From NCBI GenBank assembly GCA_965648935.1, contig CBFGIY010000067.1, positions 1 to 13,106 of the forward strand: a stretch of 13,106 nucleotides of DNA, in the 5' to 3' direction. Positions 6,898-13,106 of the stretch are shown here, one piece after another; within the stretch, counting starts at the first letter, position 1; every line of letters starts with the position of its first letter. Source of the DNA: a candidate division WOR-3 bacterium (GTDB lineage Bacteria > Hydrothermota > Tepidihabitantia > Tepidihabitantales > Tepidihabitantaceae). A program made the position numbers and the translations under genes. The notes under the pieces were generated by a model, which saw only the letters and a list, made by a program, of their open reading frames with translations, ran no database searches and was not told the origin of the DNA.

Positions 6898-7179
6898 ATG
6901 AAATACTGGCGCAAGCCCCTCGATGCCGACAAGAAGAAACCGCCGCTGGGCAGCGTTCACGTCATCTTCGAACGCTGCAAGGGCTGCGGGTTCTGCATAA
7001 CCTACTGCCCGCGCAAGGTCCTGGAGTTCTCCAGCGAGTTCAACCGCAAGGGCTATCACCCGCCGGTCGTGGTTCACCCCGAGGCCTGCGTGAACTGCCG
7101 GCTGTGCGAAGCGCTCTGCCCCGAGTTCGCCATCTGGAACACGCTCGAGGCCCCGGACGAAAGCGAGGTGCAGCAGTGA
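6898..7179 (+). CDS. korD: 2-oxoacid:ferredoxin oxidoreductase delta subunit, 2[4Fe-4S] ferredoxin-like
   Basis: Two CxxCxxCxxxCP motifs (CKGCGFCITYCP and CVNCRLCEALCP) and NRKGYHPP. First gene of the operon; ATG 6898 chosen from the promoter position. Confidence 0.88.
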   Translation: MKYWRKPLDADKKKPPLGSVHVIFERCKGCGFCITYCPRKVLEFSSEFNRKGYHPPVVVHPEACVNCRLCEALCPEFAIWNTLEAPDESEVQQ

Positions 7180-8333
7180 AGACCGCCAGAAGCCCGATAC
7201 TCACCGGCGCGCACTACCTCGACGGCGACCACGCCTGCGCCGAGGGCGCGATTGCGGCCGGCTGCCGGTTCTGCGCCGGCTACCCGATAACGCCCTCGAC
7301 CGAGGTCGCCGAGCGCCTGGCCGAACGCTTCCCGAAGATCGGCGGGATGTTCATCCAGATGGAGGACGAACTGGCATCCATCGCCGCGGTGCTGGGCGGC
7401 GCGTGGAGCGGGGCCAAGGCCATCACCATCACCTCCGGCCCCGGTTTCTCGCTGATGATGGAGAACCTCGGCCTCGGCATAATGACCGAGACGCCCTGCG
7501 TGATTGTCAACGTCCAGCGCGGCGGCCCCTCGACCGGCCTGCCCACGCTCACCGGCCAGCAGGACATGATGCAGGCGCGCTGGGGCTCCCACGGCGACTA
7601 CGAGATAATCGCGCTGTCGCCCTCCTCGCCGCAGGAGTGCTTCGACCTCGCCATCACCTGTTTCAACCTGTCCGAGAAGTACCGCGTGCCAGTGCTGTTC
7701 ATGATGGACGAGTGCGTCGGCCACATGACTGAGAAGGTCATCATCCCGACGGCCGACAAGATCGAAGTCTGGCCGCGCCGCTGGTACGCCGGCCCCAAGG
7801 ACAAGTACCTGCCCTACAAGCCCGACGCCGACCTCGTGCCGCCGATGGTGCGCGCCGGCGACGACTACCGGTTCCATATCACCGGCCTGACCCACGACGA
7901 GCGCGGCTATCCGATCATCAACGCCGAATGCCAGCAGCTCTGCGTGTCGCGCCTGGCCGAAAAGATCCGCGCCAACGCCGACGACATCACGATCGTCCGC
8001 GAAGAAGAGACCGACGGCGCCGACGTGGTCGTGGTCGCCTACGGCATCTCCTCGCGCGTCGCGACCAAGGCCATTGCCGACGCCCGCAAGAAGGGCATCA
8101 AGGTCGGGATGCTGCGGCTGGTCACGGTCTGGCCGTTCCCGGAGAAGCGCATCGCCGAGCTGTCGGCGAAGGTGAAGTGCCTGGTGATGCCCGAGCTCAA
8201 CCTCGGGCAGATGTACCGCGAGATGGAGCGCGCGGCGCGCGGCCGCTGCAAGACCGCGCTCGTGCCCCACTGCGGCGGCTGGGTCCACGACCCGGACGAC
8301 ATCCTGCGAGCCATTGTCGAGGGGGCGAAGTGA
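7176..8333 (+). CDS. korA: 2-oxoacid (probably 2-oxoglutarate):ferredoxin oxidoreductase alpha subunit
   Basis: GTGA overlap with korD and GAGGTG RBS at 7165-7170. Motifs AGYPITPSTE, QMEDELAS, TSGPGFSLMMENLG, QRGGPSTGLPT, ARWGSHGD and WPFP. Confidence 0.93.
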   Translation: MKTARSPILTGAHYLDGDHACAEGAIAAGCRFCAGYPITPSTEVAERLAERFPKIGGMFIQMEDELASIAAVLGGAWSGAKAITITSGPGFSLMMENLGLGIMTETPCVIVNVQRGGPSTGLPTLTGQQDMMQARWGSHGDYEIIALSPSSPQECFDLAITCFNLSEKYRVPVLFMMDECVGHMTEKVIIPTADKIEVWPRRWYAGPKDKYLPYKPDADLVPPMVRAGDDYRFHITGLTHDERGYPIINAECQQLCVSRLAEKIRANADDITIVREEETDGADVVVVAYGISSRVATKAIADARKKGIKVGMLRLVTVWPFPEKRIAELSAKVKCLVMPELNLGQMYREMERAARGRCKTALVPHCGGWVHDPDDILRAIVEGAK

Positions 8334-9235
8334 GAACCGACCAACTGCACATCGAGCGCGGTACGCCCGAGAGCCACCCGATGGAGGACTTCCTCCGGAT
8401 GGACCGGATGCCGCACATCTGGTGCTCGACCTGCGGCCTGGGCACCTGCCTGACCGCGTTCATTGCCGCTGTCAAGGAAACAAACTACCCGCGCGAAGAC
8501 ATCGCGGTGGTATCCGGCATCGGCTGCACCGGCCGCGCCGCCGGCTACCTCAAGTTCGACTCCTTCCATACCACGCACGGCCGGGCTCTGCCCTACGCCA
8601 CCGGCCTGAAGCTGGCCAACCCGCGCCTGAAGGTGGTGGTCATATCCGGCGACGGCGACCTCGTGGCCATCGGCGGCAACCACCTCATCCACGCCGCGCG
8701 CCGCAACATCGACATGACCGTTATCTGCGTCAACAACTTCAACTACGCGATGACCGGCGGCCAGTCCGGGCCGACCACGCCCGAGACCGCCACGACAACC
8801 ACCGCGCCCTACGGCAACTTCGAGCGCACCTTCAACATCCCGTTCCTCGTCGAGTCCTGCGGTGCCACCTACGTCGCCCGCTGGACCGCGCTCCACGTAC
8901 GCCAGCTCACCGTGACCTTCAAGGAAGCGCTCAAGCACCGCGGCTTCTCGTTTGTCGAGGTCATCTCGCCCTGCCCGACCGTCTATGGACGGCGCAACCG
9001 CCTCGGCTCGGGCCTCGACCTGATGAAGTTCTACCACGACCACTCCATCACGAAGAACTTCGCCAGCACGCGCGACTGCGACATCCGCTTCCAGCAGGAC
9101 ATCATCGTCGGCAAGTTCGTCCAGAAAGACGTCCCGACCTGGAACGATATGATGGACGAACACCTCGGCAAGGCGCTGGGGCCCAAGTACGTGCCCTACG
9201 CCGGGCCGATGGACCCCCAGGAAGGGAGGCGCTAG
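8330..9235 (+). CDS. korB: 2-oxoacid:ferredoxin oxidoreductase beta subunit (TPP-binding)
   Basis: GTGA overlap with the korA stop. WCSTCG, SGIGCTGR, FHTTHGRALP, TPP motif GDGD...GGNHLIHAARRN...NNFNYAMTGGQ, and SPCPT. Confidence 0.93.
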   Translation: MRTDQLHIERGTPESHPMEDFLRMDRMPHIWCSTCGLGTCLTAFIAAVKETNYPREDIAVVSGIGCTGRAAGYLKFDSFHTTHGRALPYATGLKLANPRLKVVVISGDGDLVAIGGNHLIHAARRNIDMTVICVNNFNYAMTGGQSGPTTPETATTTTAPYGNFERTFNIPFLVESCGATYVARWTALHVRQLTVTFKEALKHRGFSFVEVISPCPTVYGRRNRLGSGLDLMKFYHDHSITKNFASTRDCDIRFQQDIIVGKFVQKDVPTWNDMMDEHLGKALGPKYVPYAGPMDPQEGRR

Positions 9236-9781
9236 GTGGACATCAAGGTCTCCGGGTTCGGCGGCCAGGGCATCATCCGCATCGGTATGATTCTCGGCAA
9301 GGCGGCGGCCTTGCACGGCGGCAAGAGCGCCACCCTCACTCAGAGCTTCGGCCCCGAGGCGCGCGGCGGCGCCTGCTCGGCCCAGCTTGTCGTGTCCGAC
9401 GAGGTCATCCTTTACCCCTACCTGGTCAAGCCCCAGATACTCATCGCGATGTCGCAGGAGGCCTACGAGAAGTTCGAGCCCGAGCTTGCCGACGACGGCA
9501 CGCTGCTGCTCGAGGCCGACCTTGTCCGGCCCCACGCGGTGCGTGGTCACATCAAGCAGTACTCCATCCCTGCGACCCGGATGGCCGAGAAACTCGGCAA
9601 CCGGCTGTTCGCCAACCTCGTGATGCTCGGCTTCATAGTCGCGATCACCGGCATCGTGACCAGGCAGGCGCTGCTCGACGCCCTGCCCGGCACCGTGCCC
9701 GACCGGCTCCTGCAGAAAAACATCCAGGCCTTTGAACAGGGCTACGAAGAAGGCCTGAAGCAGAAGAACGCCGCTTCCTGA
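9236..9781 (+). CDS. korC: 2-oxoacid:ferredoxin oxidoreductase gamma subunit
   Basis: GGAGG at 9225-9229; the GTG abuts the korB TAG. Motifs SGFGGQGII, QSFGPEARGGAC, ANLVMLG and KNIQAFEQGY. Confidence 0.93.
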   Translation: MDIKVSGFGGQGIIRIGMILGKAAALHGGKSATLTQSFGPEARGGACSAQLVVSDEVILYPYLVKPQILIAMSQEAYEKFEPELADDGTLLLEADLVRPHAVRGHIKQYSIPATRMAEKLGNRLFANLVMLGFIVAITGIVTRQALLDALPGTVPDRLLQKNIQAFEQGYEEGLKQKNAAS

Positions 9782-9797
9782 CCCGGCCCGAAAGCTT

Positions 9798-9825
9798 TGC
9801 GGGGCGCCCGCTGGGGCGCCCCGCA
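9798..9825. terminator. Hairpin between convergent korC and sucD, probable bidirectional terminator
   Basis: Perfect 12-bp stem TGCGGGGCGCCC / GGGCGCCCCGCA with a GCTG loop. Only weak pyrimidine tails: GTTCTCTCT on +, AAGCTTT on -. Confidence 0.7.
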
Positions 9826-9840
9826 GTTCTCTCTGCCGGT

Positions 9841-10701
9841 CTAGATGCGGCCCTTGAGCTTTGAGGGTATGTCCTGCGGCTCGTACACCACGTCGATACC
9901 GGCGGCCTCGAAAGCCGCGATCTTTTCCGGCGCGGTGCCTGACCCGCCCGAGATGATGGCGCCGGCATGCCCCATCCGCTTGCCCGGCGGCGCGGTCTGG
10001 CCGGCGATGAACCCGAGCACGGGCTTCTTCACGTTGGCCTTCACGTACTCGGCCGCCCGCTCCTCGTCGGTCCCGCCGATTTCTCCGACGAGCACTATCG
10101 CCTTCGTCTCCGGGTCCGCGTTGAACATCTCGAGGCAGTCGAGGAACGTCGTGCCGATAACCGGGTCGCCGCCGATGCCGACCACGGTCGACTGGCCGAA
10201 CTCGCCGGTATTGGCCGCGATCTCGTAGGTCAGAGTGCCCGACCGCGACACCACGCCGACGCTGCCCTGCTTGAAGCTCGCCGCCGGCATTATCCCGACC
10301 TTGGCCTTGCCCGGCGATATCACGCCCGGGCAATTCGGCCCGAGGATGCGCGTGCCCTTGCCGCGCGCGTAGGCCAGCACCTTGACCATATCCAGCGTCG
10401 GCACGCCCTCGGACACGCACACCACCAGCTTGAGGCCCGCGGCGACGCACTCCAGCATCGCGTCGGTCGCGAACGCGGCCGGCACGAAGATGATCGAAGT
10501 GTCGGCCCCGGTCTTCTCTGCCGCCTCCTCGACCGAATCGAACACCGGCATCCCCTCGACCAGTTGCCCGCCCTTGCCCGGCGTGACGCCGCCGACCACG
10601 TTGGTGCCGTAGTCGCGCATCGCCCTTGCGTGGAACGCTCCGTCCCGGCCGGTGATGCCCTGAACGATGACCCTGTTCTCCCTGCCCACGAGAATGCTCA
10701 C
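9841..10701 (-). CDS. sucD: Succinyl-CoA synthetase (ADP/GDP-forming) alpha subunit
   Basis: [43 protein letters not shown] and the phospho-His motif KRMGHAGA. The GTG overlaps the sucC stop. Confidence 0.96.
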   Translation of the reverse strand: MSILVGRENRVIVQGITGRDGAFHARAMRDYGTNVVGGVTPGKGGQLVEGMPVFDSVEEAAEKTGADTSIIFVPAAFATDAMLECVAAGLKLVVCVSEGVPTLDMVKVLAYARGKGTRILGPNCPGVISPGKAKVGIMPAASFKQGSVGVVSRSGTLTYEIAANTGEFGQSTVVGIGGDPVIGTTFLDCLEMFNADPETKAIVLVGEIGGTDEERAAEYVKANVKKPVLGFIAGQTAPPGKRMGHAGAIISGGSGTAPEKIAAFEAAGIDVVYEPQDIPSKLKGRI

Positions 10702-11837
10702 TTGTCACCTCCAGCGAGCGCGACAGCTTTCCTGACCGCCTCGGCCATCGTCTCGGCTCCGGTAACCGGACTGTCCTTCAGTATTGCCCGCGCCTGCTCG
10801 GCATTGGTGCCGGTCAGACGCGCGACAATCGGCACCTTGATGTCGGCCATCTGCCGCGCCTGTATCAGCCCGTTGGCGATATCGTCGCAGCGCGTGATGC
10901 CGCCGAAGATATTGACAAGAATCGTCTTCACACTCGGGTCCGAGAGGATGATCTTCATCGCCGTCACCATCTTCTCCGGCGACGACGACCCGCCCACGTC
11001 GAGGAAGTTGGCCGGCTCGCCGCCGTAGCGTTTGATGAGGTCCATCGTCGCCATCGCCAGGCCCGCGCCGTTCACCACGCACCCGACATTGCCCGAAAGC
11101 TTGATATAGGACAGCCCGGCGGCCTTGGCCTCCAGCTCCTTCGGCTCCTCGGCCGAGAGGTCGCGCATCGCCTCCCACTCCTTGTGCCGGAAGTCGGCGT
11201 TGTCGTCGAAATTGATCTTCGCGTCCAGCGCCAGCAGCGACCCGTCGCCCAGCTTCACCAGCGGGTTGATCTCGATGAGCGAGCAGTCCTTCTCGACAAA
11301 CACGCGGTACAGCTTCTGGGCGATGCCGGTGAAGTCGCGCGCCAGTTTCGCGTCGCCGAAAAGCGCCATCCCGGCATTGCGCGCCTGGAACGACAGCAGT
11401 CCCACCGACGGGTCGATGGGTATCTTCAGTATCTTCTCGGGGCTGGTCCGGGCCACCTCCTCGATTTCCACGCCGCCCGCGGCCGACGCCATCAGCACCG
11501 GCGCGCGCGACGCCCGGTCCACGATGATGCCGACGTAGAACTCGCCCTTGATATCGGCGCACTCCGACACCAGCACCTTGTGGACCTTCAGCCCCTTGAT
11601 GTCCATCCCGATTATCTTGCCCGCGGCCGAGCGGACTTCATCGGCGGTCCCGGCTCGCTTCACGCCGCCCGCCTTGCCGCGGCCGCCGACCAGCACCTGG
11701 GCCTTCACCACCACTGGCAGGCCGATCTCGCCGGCGATGCTGACCGCCTCGTCGGCGCTCGAGGCGACGCGCTCGCGCGGGACCGGGATGCCGTACTTGG
11801 AGAAAATCTCTTTTGCCTGGAACTCGTGAATTTTCAT
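10698..11837 (-). CDS. sucC: Succinyl-CoA synthetase beta subunit
   Basis: [71 protein letters not shown]. Confidence 0.96.
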   Translation of the reverse strand: MKIHEFQAKEIFSKYGIPVPRERVASSADEAVSIAGEIGLPVVVKAQVLVGGRGKAGGVKRAGTADEVRSAAGKIIGMDIKGLKVHKVLVSECADIKGEFYVGIIVDRASRAPVLMASAAGGVEIEEVARTSPEKILKIPIDPSVGLLSFQARNAGMALFGDAKLARDFTGIAQKLYRVFVEKDCSLIEINPLVKLGDGSLLALDAKINFDDNADFRHKEWEAMRDLSAEEPKELEAKAAGLSYIKLSGNVGCVVNGAGLAMATMDLIKRYGGEPANFLDVGGSSSPEKMVTAMKIILSDPSVKTILVNIFGGITRCDDIANGLIQARQMADIKVPIVARLTGTNAEQARAILKDSPVTGAETMAEAVRKAVALAGGDK

Positions 11838-11845
11838 AGCGGCCT

Positions 11846-11873
11846 AATGTAGCCAAACCGCCGGCCAAGTCAA
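11846..11873 (-). promoter_or_regulatory. Sigma70-type promoter of sucCD (near-leaderless transcript)
   Basis: TTGACT (11873-11868), 16-nt spacer, TACATT (11851-11846), only 8 nt before ATG 11837. Confidence 0.7.
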
Positions 11874-11958
11874 ATCCCCGGCCGCCCCGCCACTGTGCTG
11901 AACCGGGTTCATCGCAAGCGGGCATCGGATGCAGGACCGCCCTGCGCTCTGCCGACCA

Positions 11959-11986
11959 TTGACATGCCGACCCGACCCCTTACACT
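11959..11986 (+). promoter_or_regulatory. Sigma70-type promoter upstream of the secreted fibre-like gene
   Basis: Perfect TTGACA (11959-11964), 16-nt spacer, TACACT (11981-11986). Confidence 0.75.
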
Positions 11987-11993
11987 CGCCGCG

Positions 11994-12104
11994 ATGAGGC
12001 AGGCAACATGGGAAGCGCCCCGGCTGCGCCCTGCGCATCTGTGCAACACAAACAGACCTGAAGGCGCGCCCGGCGCGCAGGTTGAGAGGAGGCTGATATG
12101 TTGA
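11994..12104 (+). CDS. Putative leaderless 36-aa upstream ORF MRQATWEAPRLRPAHLCNTNRPEGAPGAQVERRLIC
   Basis: The ATG lies 7 nt after the -10 box, at the expected transcription start. Its end overlaps the start of the next gene (ATGTTGA). No direct evidence of translation. Confidence 0.25.
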   Translation: MRQATWEAPRLRPAHLCNTNRPEGAPGAQVERRLIC

Positions 12105-13105
12105 GGTTAACCGCAGTCTTGCTCGGTATCGTCGCGCTTGGCCCGGCAGCAAAACACCGGCCCCTGCAGCCGCAGGCAGTCCAATCAAGCCCCACAGAAT
12201 CTGCAAGTCCCGAAGCTCTGACCATCCCCCGAATGCTGTCATACCAGGGCAGGCTCACCGACACGCTCGGCAACGCCGTGCCCAACGGCGTCTACTCCCT
12301 GAGCTTCAGGCTCTACGCGACGCCGACCGGCGGCAGCCCATTCTGGACCGAGACGCAGAACCTAGCGGTACGCGGCGGCCTCTTCAACGCCCTGCTCGGC
12401 TCGGTGACTCCGCTCGGAACCGTGCCGGACGGGGGCGCGCTCTACCTCGGGATGGCGGTCGGCGGCGAAGCGGAGATGGTCCCGCGCGTGCGGATAGTGA
12501 GCGCGGCGTATGCGTACAAGGCCGACACCGCGGGCTATGCGCTTGCCTCCCCGGGCGGCGGGAATCCCTACAACGACTCCGCGAACTTCCGCAGCGGGCG
12601 GATGGCGGACACAAGCAAGACCCTCTACGCGCGGCAGGCTTTGATCAGGGATACAGCGCAAGCGACTTCCTTCTCCAGCAGGTACAGAAGGAACGGATTG
12701 GATGGGAGAGTCGTTGTCGATGCACAGCGCGGCATCGTGGGACAACTGAACACCGTCTCCGGTGAAGCAGACTGGTGGTACAGCTTTGCCAACATCGAGG
12801 ATGAACCGGAAGGCGCCAGGCTGTTGCGTTTCGTTGAGCGGCTGAGCGGCAGGGACACCACGATCATTTTCAATCTTCACGGCAACCGCGGGTTCCTTGA
12901 GCTCTACAAGTGGGGACACAGCTCCCTGATTAACTGGGACGGCTTCGAGAACATCGACACCGTGCGCAGAAGCGTATCCGGAAATCCTGTCCGCCGCGCC
13001 TTTCACGGTTTCGCCTGGTGCGACACCGGCATCGACCGGGGCGCCGGCTTCGCCGGCATCTGGCAGTACGAGTCAACCCGCGTCGTGGCGATGGCCGAAT
13101 CCATC
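12098..13105 (+). CDS. Secreted surface/fibre-like protein with an N-terminal SYQGRL domain (3'-truncated, at least 336 aa; not in the ORF track)
   Basis: AGGAGG at 12087-12092, ATG 12098, and no stop to the window end. Signal-like MLRLTAVLLGIVALGPA, then LTIPRMLSYQGRLTDTLGNAVPNGVYSLSFRLYATPTGGSPFWTETQNLAVRGGLFNALLGS...EMVPRVRIVSAAYAYKADTA. Confidence 0.85.
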   Translation, partial: MLRLTAVLLGIVALGPAAKHRPLQPQAVQSSPTESASPEALTIPRMLSYQGRLTDTLGNAVPNGVYSLSFRLYATPTGGSPFWTETQNLAVRGGLFNALLGSVTPLGTVPDGGALYLGMAVGGEAEMVPRVRIVSAAYAYKADTAGYALASPGGGNPYNDSANFRSGRMADTSKTLYARQALIRDTAQATSFSSRYRRNGLDGRVVVDAQRGIVGQLNTVSGEADWWYSFANIEDEPEGARLLRFVERLSGRDTTIIFNLHGNRGFLELYKWGHSSLINWDGFENIDTVRRSVSGNPVRRAFHGFAWCDTGIDRGAGFAGIWQYESTRVVAMAESI

Positions 13106-13106
13106 G

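Noticed and set aside
8039..10708. 889-aa minus-strand ORF and other long alternative-frame ORFs (e.g. 7074-8288, 8314-9735, 9967-11028, 1057-1929)
   Set aside because: They overlap genes with clear family motifs, are Arg/Gly/Ala-rich without motifs, and are expected shadows of high-GC codon bias.
11872..12060. Cobalamin-riboswitch-like fragments (AAATCC, CCCCGCCACTGT, TGGGAAG, AGACCTG)
   Set aside because: The 5' AGGGAA element, its pairing partner and the AGYCAG part of the B12 box are missing, and a strong promoter lies in the middle. A cmsearch with the Rfam Cobalamin model would settle it.
11989..12100. Fluoride-riboswitch-like words (GCGATGAGGC ... GCTGAT)
   Set aside because: No closing stem or pseudoknot complement, spacing too long, and the downstream gene is unrelated.
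12362..13006. 214-aa minus-strand ORF
   Set aside because: It is antisense to the + strand ORF from 12098, which has a promoter, an RBS, a signal peptide and a recognisable domain.
1..13106. CRISPR array, tRNA/rRNA, transposase/integrase, selenocysteine read-through
   Set aside because: No regularly spaced repeats, cloverleaf motifs or mobile-element ORFs were seen, and the TGA stops fall at expected protein ends or start/stop overlaps.

Overview
High-GC bacterial chromosomal window of mostly housekeeping and anaerobic-metabolism genes. Left to right: (+) 5'-truncated rnhB, yraN, comM/yifB and an orphan UDP-N-acetylhexosamine 6-dehydrogenase; a convergent (-) operon of ptb, ridA, an exported TPR-like protein and a HycI-type hydrogenase maturation protease; a ~415 bp palindrome-rich spacer between back-to-back promoters; (+) a four-subunit 2-oxoacid (probably 2-oxoglutarate):ferredoxin oxidoreductase, korDABC; a bidirectional hairpin; (-) sucCD; and a 3'-truncated (+) ORF from 12098, absent from the ORF track, encoding a secreted protein with an N-terminal 'SYQGRL...PR..IVSAAYA' fibre/adhesin-type domain. 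The most interesting signals are regulatory. Three near-consensus sigma70-type promoters share a 16-bp spacer. All four predicted promoters sit 7-13 nt before an ATG that lacks a Shine-Dalgarno site. Two of those ATGs open small upstream ORFs that overlap the start of the main gene, including an M-S-S-S-T-I leader before the ptb-ridA operon. No CRISPR array, rRNA, tRNA or intact mobile element was seen. All family calls come from motif recognition by eye; no searches were run.
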